From NCBI GenBank assembly GCA_019347875.1, contig JAHWKN010000001.1, forward strand, positions 6,801-70,800: a stretch of DNA of 64,000 bases, written 5' to 3'. Numbering within the stretch: the first letter of the stretch is position 1; each line of letters begins with the position of its first letter. The position numbers and the translations under genes were made by a program. Source of the stretch: Candidatus Parcubacteria bacterium. GTDB taxonomy: Bacteria; Patescibacteriota; Saccharimonadia; UBA4664; JAHWKN01. The notes beneath the pieces are model-generated. The model saw only the letters and a list, made by a program, of their open reading frames with translations. It had not been told where the DNA came from and made no database searches. Shown here piece by piece: positions 54,180 through 63,494 of the stretch.

Positions 54180-55205
54180 TTATCCGGCCAGCCGCTTTTT
54201 GGCCCGGGCCGCGATCAGGCCTGATAGCGCCAGCACTCCCAGCCCCGCCAGCCAGCGGCGGTGGGTGGTTAGCCACAACTGGGCGCTGGCGGTTTTGGCC
54301 CGCGCGTCAAAGCGCCCGTGCGCGCCGTACAGCTGCGGGGCCGGCCGCCATAGGTTGTCGGGACGGGCGGGGTCTTTGGGCTCATCTGTTTGTTGGCTGC
54401 GGTAGCCGGTCTTGCTCAAGTAGCGGTCGGCCAGTGCGGGCGCTAGCTTGTTTAGCCACAGCGCCAGCTGGCTGGAACCTCCCACCACCACCTCCTTGCG
54501 GTCATGCCCGGCCGCCCACAGGATGGCTCGGGCGGCCACTTCGGGTTGGAATATGGGCGGTACCGGTTGGGGTTGCTGTGGCAGGCGGGACTTGATCCAT
54601 TCAAACTGCGGCGTGTTGAGCGCCGGCAGCTGCACCATCGATACGCGGACGTGGCTTTTGTCGTGCAGCAGCTCCGCCCGCAGCGAATCGTGGAACCCCT
54701 GGATAGCGTGTTTGGCGGCCGAGTAAGCCGCCTGCAACGGCAGTCCGCGGTAGGCCAGAGCCGACCCCACCTGAACGATCACTCCCTCGTCACGCGGCAG
54801 CATCCGCTTGAGCGCGGCCAGCGTGCCGTACACCACGCCGAGGTAGGTTACTTCGGTGACGCGCTTAAACTCTTCGGCCCGCATCTGTTTAACCGGTGAC
54901 AGCACCGACACCATGGCGTTGTTGACCCAGACATCGATCGGCCCCAGCTGGTTTTCCGCTTGATCGGCGGCGGCTTCCATCGCCGGCGCATCCGACACAT
55001 CGGCGGTGATGGCCAAAGCGGCCGGCGCGCCGGCCGCCAGCACGTCGGCCTTGGCCTGCTCCAGTCTTTCGGCCTGCCTGGCAATCAGTGCTACCTTGGC
55101 GCCCTCGCGCCCAAAGGCCTCGGCGGCCGCCCGACCGACCCCGGCGGAGGCCCCGGTTACCACCACGGTTTTGCCCGCAAAGGGCCGTTTGCGATTGGCT
55201 TTCAT
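54180..55205 (-). CDS. SDR-family oxidoreductase with a C-terminal membrane anchor
   Basis: TGASAGVGRAAAEAF (TGxxxGxG), NNAM, YSAAKHA (YxxxK). C-terminal hydrophobic LAGLGVLALSGLIAA. Confidence 0.85.
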   Translation of the reverse strand: MKANRKRPFAGKTVVVTGASAGVGRAAAEAFGREGAKVALIARQAERLEQAKADVLAAGAPAALAITADVSDAPAMEAAADQAENQLGPIDVWVNNAMVSVLSPVKQMRAEEFKRVTEVTYLGVVYGTLAALKRMLPRDEGVIVQVGSALAYRGLPLQAAYSAAKHAIQGFHDSLRAELLHDKSHVRVSMVQLPALNTPQFEWIKSRLPQQPQPVPPIFQPEVAARAILWAAGHDRKEVVVGGSSQLALWLNKLAPALADRYLSKTGYRSQQTDEPKDPARPDNLWRPAPQLYGAHGRFDARAKTASAQLWLTTHRRWLAGLGVLALSGLIAARAKKRLAG

Positions 55206-55272
55206 ATCCTTTTACCTCCAGTCTAGAATTATGAATGTTAGGCTAATTGTAGTTAACGCTGCTGTTGACGCC

Positions 55273-56445
55273 TTAGTAACGCATGACCGCCGCGACGGTA
55301 GAGTCGGTCGGCATGTCGGCTTGGGACAGCGGGAAGGCCTGGCCGCCGCGGCGCAGCGTCTCGCTGATGGCCGCCTCAAGCAGGTCTTCGTAGACGTCGG
55401 CGGTCAGGTGTTCCGGTCCGAGATGCTCACGGAACGCCGCAGCCGGGCGCCCGCCGGTGCCGTAGCTAAACAGCAAACTGTCGACCCGGCCCTCGCGCGC
55501 GGCCTTGAGAGCCTCGGCCACATCCGCCGATACCCTTTTGGGAGCGATGGCCGAAAGCCGGCTAAAGCTGCCTTTGGCTCCCTCGACCGGCTGGTGGGCC
55601 AGCGGTTCGATCAGCGGCCAGGCGCGCTCCTGCAGCTCCTGGTCGGTTAGCTCGTCGGGGCTGCCCTCGATGCCGGCGTCGACTAAGCGGTTGTAGGAGT
55701 TGACACGCCGGTAAAGGCCCGTAGTCGGCTGACTGCCGGCTAGAATTAAAGGGGTTTGGTGGCGCTGCAAGTGGGCCGTCACGGGGCCTTCGACGGCTCT
55801 GACAAACTCCAAGACATCGACATCCGGCTCGCGGGTGTCGTCGCCTTCGCCGTGGTAGGAGCCGGGGGTGCCGGGGGCGCTACTCCTCATCTGTAACAGT
55901 TTTTCGGGCTCCTTGTACCACAGGGCTGCAGCCAAGCTGTCCGGCAGATCTTTCAAGTGCAGCTGCTGGACCGTTTGGCGGTCCGCTGACAGCAGACGGA
56001 CATGCTTTTGGCTGATGGCTAGAATATGGAAGGGCAGGTTGTCGGTCAAGAAGTTCAGCAGCGGGCCGACGTGGAAGCGGCGGTCGACCGCGACGCTTTC
56101 GCTGAACCTGACCGGCAAACGGTAGTACCGGGTGGTTTGAGGGGAGGCAAACAGCGCCAACCCCAGGCTCTGGTGCTTCCAGAAGTCCTCATCGTTCAAA
56201 AAGCTGCGGGCCCAGCGAAGCTTTTGCATGATCTCGGGAGAGCGCCGTTTGAGGGCCGCCAGGCGCTGTTCGGCCGCTTCGAGCAGGTTCTTCAGCCGCA
56301 GAGAGTCCTGACGGGCCTCCCGCCCCGCCCGGCGGTGGGTCGGCATGTACAGCGACAGGCACACCCCGCTGTCGTCCTCCAGCAGCTGCTCTAAATCGGT
56401 TCGGCTAAACAGGTCCATGTTGTTCCCTCCGTCACTTAACTTCAT
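55273..56445 (-). CDS. hypothetical protein, possibly bacterial eRF1-like (baeRF) family
   Basis: N-terminal VCLSLYMPTHRRAGREARQDSLRLKNLLEAAEQRL resembles the conserved start of eRF1/Dom34-like bacterial families. Not verifiable here. The true start may be the ATG at about 56418. Confidence 0.45.
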   Translation of the reverse strand: MKLSDGGNNMDLFSRTDLEQLLEDDSGVCLSLYMPTHRRAGREARQDSLRLKNLLEAAEQRLAALKRRSPEIMQKLRWARSFLNDEDFWKHQSLGLALFASPQTTRYYRLPVRFSESVAVDRRFHVGPLLNFLTDNLPFHILAISQKHVRLLSADRQTVQQLHLKDLPDSLAAALWYKEPEKLLQMRSSAPGTPGSYHGEGDDTREPDVDVLEFVRAVEGPVTAHLQRHQTPLILAGSQPTTGLYRRVNSYNRLVDAGIEGSPDELTDQELQERAWPLIEPLAHQPVEGAKGSFSRLSAIAPKRVSADVAEALKAAREGRVDSLLFSYGTGGRPAAAFREHLGPEHLTADVYEDLLEAAISETLRRGGQAFPLSQADMPTDSTVAAVMRY

Positions 56446-56698
56446 CCGCTGCCCGAAACGATAGCTGAATGCAGTGGGTTCAGTATAAGAAAAACGCTGC
56501 CAGCAAGCATATAGCTAATATGCCAATATGGCCGCGCTTGTCCGGCCTGTTTTAGGCCAGAGTTCACCAAATTGGCGGTATCGGACGGACAAAAGAGCTT
56601 GCACAACCCGAAATACTTTAACGCTCACGCTGTCATTATGCCCATAGCTTCGGCGCCGTCGCCGCGGTAGGCTTTAGGATGTTAAAGGGGAGATCGTT

Positions 56699-57082
56699 AT
56701 GCCGCAGAAAAAAGATTTACCCAGTACGCTTGAGCGGTCCGGACAGCAAGCCCAGGAAACCTGGTCCAAGACGCACGACAGCGCCGTCGAAAGTTACGGT
56801 GACGGCGAGCAGGCGCACCGCACCGCCTACGCGTCTTTAAAGCACTCGTTTGAGAAAGTGGACGACCACTGGGAGCCTAAGGATAAGAAGGGCCCGTCCG
56901 ACCCGCGCGCCAAGCAGGGGGCGGAGGCCGCCCGCGAGGGCAAAGCCGAGACGTATGGTGGAGTGGACGCCTACGGCAACAGCAAACAGGAGCTGCTGCA
57001 GCGGGCCAGAAAGCTCGATGTCAAGGGCCGCTCAACCATGAACAAACAGGAGCTGGCTAAAGCTATTAGCAAAAAGCAGTAA
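56699..57082 (+). CDS. ChaB-family protein with a C-terminal Rho-N-like helix-hairpin
   Basis: ChaB-like DLPSTLERS...AQETW...EQAHRTAYASLKHSFEKVDDHWEPK. C-terminal NSKQELLQRARKLDVKGRSTMNKQELAKAI resembles the Rho N-terminal domain. Confidence 0.6.
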   Translation: MPQKKDLPSTLERSGQQAQETWSKTHDSAVESYGDGEQAHRTAYASLKHSFEKVDDHWEPKDKKGPSDPRAKQGAEAAREGKAETYGGVDAYGNSKQELLQRARKLDVKGRSTMNKQELAKAISKKQ

Positions 57083-57092
57083 GTAAGTTGGT

Positions 57093-57139
57093 TTAAGACC
57101 AGGTCTTAATCCTTAGTGCTTTCAAGACCTGGTCTTAAG
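57093..57139 (+). promoter_or_regulatory. two palindromic operators of the same type as those upstream of lexA
   Basis: TTAAGACCAGGTCTTAA at 57093-57109 and CAAGACCTGGTCTTAAG at 57123-57139. Followed by RBS GGGGAGGGG and the ATG at 57151. Confidence 0.6.
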
Positions 57140-57150
57140 GGGAGGGGTTG

Positions 57151-57783
57151 ATGCGCTTTAAAGACCGGGCCGAGGCCGGGCGCCAGCTGGCTGCGGCGCT
57201 GGAGCGGTACCGGGACAGCGACGCGGTGGTGTACGCCCTGCCCCGCGGTGGGGTGGTGTTGGGCGCCGAGATCGCCCGCCGCCTGAACGCACCGCTCGCT
57301 CTGGTAATCGCGCGCAAAATCGGCCACCCGCTTAGTCCTGAGTTCGCCATCGGGGCGGTCACCGAGAACGGAGAGCCGGTTCTGAACCAGGCCGAAACCG
57401 CCGCGTTGGATCTCCGCTGGCTGGAGGCTGCGGTTAAGCGGGAGCGGGCGGAAGCCCGCCGGCGCCACGCAAAGTATTTGGCCGGCCGCCGGCGGCTGCC
57501 GGCGGAGGGCAGGGTAGCCATCGTCGTCGACGACGGTATCGCTACCGGGCTGACTATGCTGGCGGCTATCAAAGAGGTCAAGCGGCTGGGGCCGCGCCAA
57601 ACCGTCGTAGCGGTGCCGGTGGTGCCGAAGGATACCGTCCGTTGGCTGGAGGCTGAGGCCGGTGAGCTGGCGGCGCTGGAGGTGCCGGAGCGGTACTTGG
57701 GCGCGGTGGGTGCCTACTACGACGACTTCGAGCAGGTCGAAGACGAGGAGGTTATAACACTGATGAACCAGGCGGCGGCGTAA
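57151..57783 (+). CDS. phosphoribosyltransferase-family protein (putative PRTase)
   Basis: PRTase type I motif VAIVVDDGIATGLTMLAAI. About 210 aa. Confidence 0.7.
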   Translation: MRFKDRAEAGRQLAAALERYRDSDAVVYALPRGGVVLGAEIARRLNAPLALVIARKIGHPLSPEFAIGAVTENGEPVLNQAETAALDLRWLEAAVKRERAEARRRHAKYLAGRRRLPAEGRVAIVVDDGIATGLTMLAAIKEVKRLGPRQTVVAVPVVPKDTVRWLEAEAGELAALEVPERYLGAVGAYYDDFEQVEDEEVITLMNQAAA

Positions 57784-57807
57784 GGCGGCCCTGGCAAGGA
57801 GGACGTG

Positions 57808-58386
57808 ATGGATCAGATTAAGATGTTGGGAATGGCGGGAAGTTTACGGTCCGGTTCTTACAACCGGGCGGCGCTTGAGGCCGCCGCCGAACTGGTACCT
57901 GACAATACTACCCTGGAAATATTTGATCTGTCGGACATACCGCTGTTTAATCAGGACCGGGAGTCAAACCCGCCGGAGCCGGTACGGCGGCTGAAGCAGC
58001 GCATCGAGGCCAGCGACGCCATCGTTATATCCACGCCCGAGTACAACTACTCGGTTCCGGGCGTACTTAAAAACGCCATCGACTGGGCCTCGCGGCCGTA
58101 TGGCCAGAGCTCCTGGGATGGCAAGCCGGCGGCCATCATGGGCGCCTCACCCGGCAGAATGGGAACAGCCCGCGCGCAGTACCATCTGCGGCAGATGTTT
58201 GTGTTCTTGAATGTGCATGCGCTCAACCGGCCGGAGGTGATGATCTCTGATGCCGCCGCCAAGTTTGACGCCCAGGGCAACTTGATCGATGCGGATACCA
58301 GAAAGCGGATTGTCCGGCTGCTTGAGGCGCTGAGCGAGTGGACGGTTCGGTTGCGAGTGGGGGCAAGAGACGGCGTGCTGGTGTAG
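57808..58386 (+). CDS. NADPH-dependent FMN reductase family protein
   Basis: MLGMAGSLRSGSYN, ISTPEYNYSVPGVLKNAIDWASRP (flavodoxin-like FMN_red motifs). Confidence 0.85.
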   Translation: MDQIKMLGMAGSLRSGSYNRAALEAAAELVPDNTTLEIFDLSDIPLFNQDRESNPPEPVRRLKQRIEASDAIVISTPEYNYSVPGVLKNAIDWASRPYGQSSWDGKPAAIMGASPGRMGTARAQYHLRQMFVFLNVHALNRPEVMISDAAAKFDAQGNLIDADTRKRIVRLLEALSEWTVRLRVGARDGVLV

Positions 58387-58414
58387 TAATCCGGGACCGC
58401 TGTGGCCCGAGAGA

Positions 58415-58855
58415 TTATTTTGGCACAATCGATATGCCGCCGCTTTTTTCCAGGACGGCGTACTTGATCTGATCCAGGCGCTCCAGCCCCTGCGAGCTGC
58501 GGGCCGCCTGCAGTATGTCGCCCTCGTCAATCCTTTCCTTGTTCAGGCGGTCCATCAGCGGCTGCCCGTTTTCAAGTACGATTAAGGGCGTGCCGTCCAG
58601 CCACTTCTCAACTCGCTGGGAGCGCCGCTTTAGCAGCGAGGTACCGATATCGATCGCCACCAGCGTCGTAATAATGACGGCTGCGTTAATGATCGAAAAA
58701 TCGTCACCTAGTAACGCCTGCTGCGTGGACTCACCAATTACTAACAGCAAAATAAAGTCGAAGGTAGTCATTTCCGATAGCGTGCGCTTGCCCGCGAAGC
58801 GAAATATCACCAACAAAAAAACGTAAATAGCGGCGGCTCGTAGTACGGAGTCCAT
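58415..58855 (-). CDS. DUF421 (YetF/YdfS-like) membrane protein
   Basis: [32 protein letters not shown] is the DUF421 signature. C-terminal DUF1657-like soluble part. Confidence 0.8.
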   Translation of the reverse strand: MDSVLRAAAIYVFLLVIFRFAGKRTLSEMTTFDFILLLVIGESTQQALLGDDFSIINAAVIITTLVAIDIGTSLLKRRSQRVEKWLDGTPLIVLENGQPLMDRLNKERIDEGDILQAARSSQGLERLDQIKYAVLEKSGGISIVPK

Positions 58856-59439
58856 TACGGGTAAACCACCTGTTTAAAATCTAAATGTTTGTCGCCGTGA
58901 GCGATACCGCCGTTGACTGTGCCGACGGCTTCGGGCTGTATATCAAGCTTCACGCTTAAAGGGCTGCTCTCGTCGGCTGGGAACTTAAACTCCAGCTGGT
59001 CTCTAACGGCCGTCACGCTGTCGGGTTCAGGTGTGATGGCTTGAATCTGCAGCTGGCTGAGGTAGTCCCGGTCCAACCGAAAGGTGAAGCCGTCGCCGGC
59101 GGCTCGATTGATGCGCACCGTCAGCTGAGAAGGGGCCAGTTGCCGCATAAACGGCTGATACTCCAGCTCTACGCCCTCGGCCCGCGCTGTCGCTTGGTTT
59201 AGCCGCCCGCCGGCCCCGCTAAGACCGAGCAGGGCCGCGCCTATTAGCAGTACCATCAGCAGCCAACCCGCCCGTTCAATCTTCCAAAACAGCCGCTGGT
59301 GCGCCAGGTCTTGCTCTACTTGTATCGATTTAACTTGCGGTACCGGCCCCATGAAGCACCTCGTTATTGCTTGCTGCCCTAGGATAGATCTAATTCCCGT
59401 CCGCTCCATTGGAAATAATGACAATTTACGAGTGGCCAA
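58855..59439 (-). CDS. hypothetical membrane-anchored protein
   Basis: One TM ([17 protein letters not shown]). Overlaps the DUF421 gene by 1 nt. Confidence 0.4.
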   Translation of the reverse strand: MATRKLSLFPMERTGIRSILGQQAITRCFMGPVPQVKSIQVEQDLAHQRLFWKIERAGWLLMVLLIGAALLGLSGAGGRLNQATARAEGVELEYQPFMRQLAPSQLTVRINRAAGDGFTFRLDRDYLSQLQIQAITPEPDSVTAVRDQLEFKFPADESSPLSVKLDIQPEAVGTVNGGIAHGDKHLDFKQVVYP

Positions 59440-59614
59440 GCCAAGGGCTTTCTATTGGAGTAGCCAACAGCGAAAGTTAAGCCGGGACTGTGAAACGAAG
59501 GCGAAACCATGCCGGGCTTTAGGGGGTAGCTACAAGCATGAGCGTTATGGCTTGCGCAAGCCAATAACTTCTGTTACCATAAGCAATCATTAACGCTGGG
59601 CGGCAGGGGGCCGA

Positions 59615-60160
59615 TTGCAGCGGTTTATTTATTATCACCCCGATTTATACGCGCAGGCTTTAAAGTTGTGCCTGTTTTTAACCCTGGCCAGCGGGCTTTC
59701 TAGTCTGAGCTATCGGTTGGCGCTCGCCGGCGGTTTGCCTTCCAGGCCGATTACCCGTTCCGTTGAACGTTCGGTAGAGTCGCCGGTCCCAGCCGTAGCG
59801 CCGGCGGCTGTCGTTACTCCGCCAGCCCCTATTGTCCCTCCTGTTTCGGTGCAGCCAGCCTCTGTGGCGACAGTTCCGGCGACCAATCCAAAGGCGGTGG
59901 CGCGGCGCCTGAGCGCTGCCCGCTTTGGCGATGCCCACTGGCCGGCGCTGGAGGCGTTGTGGGCCAGGGAGTCGGGCTGGAACCCGGCCGCCCGTAACCG
60001 TTCCAGTGGTGCTTGCGGCATCCCCCAGGCATTGCCCTGCCGCAAGATTCCCGACATGAGCCCGCGCGGCCAGATCGAGTGGGGGCTTAGCTACATCGCC
60101 AACCGCTACGGTAACCCCACCAACGCCTGGCGGCACTGGCAAAAGCACCGCTGGTACTAG
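59615..60160 (+). CDS. secreted protein with a C-terminal IsaA/SceD-like transglycosylase (lysozyme-like) domain
   Basis: Signal/TM, Pro/Val-rich linker, then ALWARESGWNPAARNRSSGACGIPQALP (the ESGxNxxAxNxSSGAxGxxQ pattern of staphylococcal IsaA-type domains). Confidence 0.6.
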   Translation: MQRFIYYHPDLYAQALKLCLFLTLASGLSSLSYRLALAGGLPSRPITRSVERSVESPVPAVAPAAVVTPPAPIVPPVSVQPASVATVPATNPKAVARRLSAARFGDAHWPALEALWARESGWNPAARNRSSGACGIPQALPCRKIPDMSPRGQIEWGLSYIANRYGNPTNAWRHWQKHRWY

Positions 60161-60180
60161 ACGGTTGAGGGTGCCGGAAT

Positions 60181-61116
60181 CTAGCCGGTGTCACTGTCGC
60201 CGAACTTGTTGTAAGGCGTGTGCCAGAGGCTGCGGCTGTCGGTACGGATGCTCAAGCGGTCTGGGATACCCGGCTTAACGGTTCCGGCGCTGGGGGCCGG
60301 CTGCAGTACCTCCAGGAAGTCGGTTAACACGCCGGCAACGTAGTTTTGCTGCAGAGCCAGCCGGGTGGTTTCGTCGTTGATGCCCCAGCTGTAGGATTTG
60401 GTGCCCCCCGCCCGCAGCTGTCGAGGCAGGCCGCCAGCGGCCCGGACGGGCGGCATGGCCACCGCGGGAGCCCGGTAGCGGGCCGCCAAACTCAACAGCT
60501 CTTGATCGGTGGGGACCGTTTCGCCGATCAGCCAAAACACCTCTTGGTAGCCGAGCGCTTTGGCCGCCCGGTAATGCTCGGGGCTGGCCACGTAGGGGAT
60601 GAACCGGGGCACCAGCGCGGGGTAGCGCGCGCGGATGGTGCTGAGCATGCCGATGTGATCAATTTTGGTATCAAGCAACAAGTAGCTGTCGGGATGAGAG
60701 TGTGCCCAAGCGGCCAACCCCTCAATTGTCAGCTGGGTGTAGTTGTTAACGGCGGGAAGAGTTTTAAACTCGGTCAGGCTGCGCACTCCAGGGGGCGCGC
60801 CGAACAGATTAACGAACGCGTTCTCCCAGTCGTGCAGCAGGACGATGGCGCCGTCGCTGGTTAAGTGCAGATCCACCTCCAGCCAGCGGTAGCCCTTGTC
60901 GTAGTTATGCTCAAGCGCCTCCAACGAGTTGGTGTAGATTTGGCCGTCGATGCCGCCGGCGGCGTGGGCGATCTCGCGTGGCAGATTGATCCCGGGGGGC
61001 TTGGGCGCCGGCGGTTTGCCTGGTCCGGAGGCTAAACTGGCGGCGGGCGGCAGCACCACCCCGGCGCCAAACACCACCGCCAGCAGGTAGCTAAGTTTTC
61101 TGACGTTACGCCCCAA
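60181..61116 (-). CDS. secreted glycerophosphodiester phosphodiesterase (GDPD) family protein
   Basis: Signal peptide. IAHAAGG...NSLEALE and EVDLHLTSDGAIVLLHD GDPD motifs. Confidence 0.7.
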   Translation of the reverse strand: MGRNVRKLSYLLAVVFGAGVVLPPAASLASGPGKPPAPKPPGINLPREIAHAAGGIDGQIYTNSLEALEHNYDKGYRWLEVDLHLTSDGAIVLLHDWENAFVNLFGAPPGVRSLTEFKTLPAVNNYTQLTIEGLAAWAHSHPDSYLLLDTKIDHIGMLSTIRARYPALVPRFIPYVASPEHYRAAKALGYQEVFWLIGETVPTDQELLSLAARYRAPAVAMPPVRAAGGLPRQLRAGGTKSYSWGINDETTRLALQQNYVAGVLTDFLEVLQPAPSAGTVKPGIPDRLSIRTDSRSLWHTPYNKFGDSDTG

Positions 61117-61223
61117 CTCGTAGCCGGATACTCATTTTACCCCCCCATGGCGCTCACCGCCCGCCCCGCCCTGTCCTCGGTTGAGCGGCTCGGGCTGACA
61201 TCGGCCAATGAACTTATGTTATA

Positions 61224-63248
61224 TTGAGTATTGTATCTTATAACGGGGGTAACGGGGATAGTATGCTGGCTCGGATCGGCGCCTTTTTCCAGCAACAACT
61301 AATAGCTACGGCCGGGCTGGCGCCGACCCGGGTCAGGCGGTTTTTGCCGTCCTGGCCCATTAGTCGGTTTTGGCTGCAGCGGTCGCTTTTGCCGATGACG
61401 TTGGTGGCGCTGTTTGTGCTGACCAACCATGTTTATAACTACTGGTCGGATCTGACCCTGTTTTACCTGGTCCGGCGGACCGTTGTGACGGTCGGCTTGG
61501 GTGTGGCGCTGTTTGGGCCGGCCGTTTTGCTGCGGCGCCGCGGTCAGCTGGTTTACCTGGCAATCGTCAGCCTGGCGGTGTCACTGGTGATGGCCAGCCA
61601 CTTCGTTTACTCCAGCTACGCCGACGGCTATCTGTCGGTGTCGGCTCTCAAGTACGCCTGGCAACTTAGTGACGTCAGCTCCAGCGTGCGCTCGCTGATC
61701 GGCGCCGAACTGCCGCTGTTTTTTATGGGGCTGCCGGTTATCGGCCTGGCCGCCTGGCTGCTGCCGAAATCACCGGAGCGTCGGCTGTCCCGGCACGAGC
61801 GGCTGGCGGTGATTGGCTTGATCATGCTAACGGCCATAGGCGGTTACGGCTACATATTTGTTAAAGAAGCCAAAGAGCAGGGCACCGTGTCGCGGCTGAT
61901 CAAGCACCCCTACAACAGCGACGACCTGGTGCGTAAGGTGGGGATCGTCAACTACAGCTTTTACGACGTCGGCCGCTACTTGACGCGTAAGAAAAGTTTG
62001 TCGGCCGGTGAGGTCGAGTTGGTCAACCAGGTGAAGACGCAGCATCAGTTCCAGCCGGCCGGGAACCTGTCGTACGGTCTGCTGGCGGGCAAGAACATCA
62101 TGTACGTGCAGCTGGAGTCGTTCCAGCAGTGGCTGGTGGGCAAAAAGGTTAACGGCCAAGAGGTCGCACCTAATCTAAACAAGTTTGCCGCCGGCAGCTT
62201 GCAGTTTACCAACTTTCACTATCAGATCGGCCCGGGTACCTCGTCGGATGCCGAGTTTACGGCGCTGAACTCTTTGTTCCATTTAGGGGACGGGGCGACC
62301 TTGTTCGAATACCCCAACAACCGCTACCGGGCGCTGCCCGAGCGCTTACGCGAGCGCGGCTACCAGACGGTGGCGCTGCACGGCGACAGCCGCAACTTCT
62401 GGAACCGCGGCAACGCCTACCCTAGCTTGGGATACGAGCGTTACGACACGGTCGAGGATTACCAGCAGGGGGCGGACCAGGTAGCCTGGGGGATAGCCGA
62501 TCCGGACTTTTTCGAGCAGTCGTACGACAAGATTACGGCGCTGAAACAGCCTTTTTGGGCGCACGTTATCAGCTTAAGCTCGCATGGCCCCTTCCATCTG
62601 CCAGGGGAGCTGCAGCGGCTCGATCTTGAAGGCCTGGAGCTAAGCACCCTACAGAAGGACTATCTCCAGTCGGTTAACTATGCCGACCGGGCCTTTGGGG
62701 AGTTTATGGAGCGGTTCGAAGCGTCGTCGTTGGCGGCTAACACGGCCGTGGCGGTCACCGGCGACCACGAAGCCTTCATTGCCGTCCAAACCGACGCCAC
62801 CTATGCCCGCTTCTTAGGCTACGAGGACGGTTTTAACGATCTGACGTTTCTGCAGAGTAAAAGCGTGCCGTTTATGATAAAAGTGCCCGATAACAGCTTG
62901 ACCGGGACTATTGCAGACCCGGCCAGCCACCTGGACGTCTATCCGACCATCGCCAACCTGGCCGGGTTGCCTCCCTCAAGAAGCTGGCTAGGCAGTGACT
63001 TGCTGAACAACCCCGAGCCCTTGGTGGCCAGGCGCAAGCGTTCGGTGACGCCCGAGATCGAGATGGCTATGGATAAAGATTTGACCTACGCTGGGTTTAC
63101 CAGCAGTAACTTTCAAGACGGTAAGTGCTACCGTCAGACCCGCCAAGTCGTCATCGGGGAGTGCCGCCAGCTGTTTGACCATCAGCTGGAAAAGATCAAA
63201 CTGTCGGACTTAATCGTTAAAGGTAACCGGCTGGATTTGCTGGAGTAA
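61224..63248 (+). CDS. LtaS-family (polyglycerolphosphate transferase / sulfatase domain) membrane protein
   Basis: Five N-terminal TM helices, then NIMYVQLESFQQWLV (LtaS NVIVIQLESFQ) and a sulfatase-fold extracellular domain. Confidence 0.8.
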   Translation: MSIVSYNGGNGDSMLARIGAFFQQQLIATAGLAPTRVRRFLPSWPISRFWLQRSLLPMTLVALFVLTNHVYNYWSDLTLFYLVRRTVVTVGLGVALFGPAVLLRRRGQLVYLAIVSLAVSLVMASHFVYSSYADGYLSVSALKYAWQLSDVSSSVRSLIGAELPLFFMGLPVIGLAAWLLPKSPERRLSRHERLAVIGLIMLTAIGGYGYIFVKEAKEQGTVSRLIKHPYNSDDLVRKVGIVNYSFYDVGRYLTRKKSLSAGEVELVNQVKTQHQFQPAGNLSYGLLAGKNIMYVQLESFQQWLVGKKVNGQEVAPNLNKFAAGSLQFTNFHYQIGPGTSSDAEFTALNSLFHLGDGATLFEYPNNRYRALPERLRERGYQTVALHGDSRNFWNRGNAYPSLGYERYDTVEDYQQGADQVAWGIADPDFFEQSYDKITALKQPFWAHVISLSSHGPFHLPGELQRLDLEGLELSTLQKDYLQSVNYADRAFGEFMERFEASSLAANTAVAVTGDHEAFIAVQTDATYARFLGYEDGFNDLTFLQSKSVPFMIKVPDNSLTGTIADPASHLDVYPTIANLAGLPPSRSWLGSDLLNNPEPLVARRKRSVTPEIEMAMDKDLTYAGFTSSNFQDGKCYRQTRQVVIGECRQLFDHQLEKIKLSDLIVKGNRLDLLE

Positions 63249-63340
63249 AAGGAATCGCTCTATTAAATTGGGTTCCATCATGGCAGCTGACATGGGCCTA
63301 CCGACAGCCTTTTTTCGTAGAGAGGGGTAGTCCTATGTAA

Positions 63341-63397
63341 AAATAGGTCGATTTTCGACCTATTTAAAACGCTTAATTTAGGTCGAAAATCGACCTA
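63341..63397 (+). promoter_or_regulatory. two tandem palindromic operators upstream of the ArsR-YHS regulator
   Basis: AAATAGGTCGA-ttt-TCGACCTATTT at 63341-63365 (perfect 11-bp arms) and TAGGTCGA-aaa-TCGACCTA at 63379-63397. A third palindrome TTGCATA-cta-TATGCAA at 63457-63473 lies next to the start codon. Confidence 0.6.
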
Positions 63398-63494
63398 TTA
63401 CGGAAATATATAACGCCCCTAGGGGAACATATCCCGCCCCTGCTTAAAAGAAAGTCTTGCATACTATATGCAAACATGCGAATATAAAGTTACT

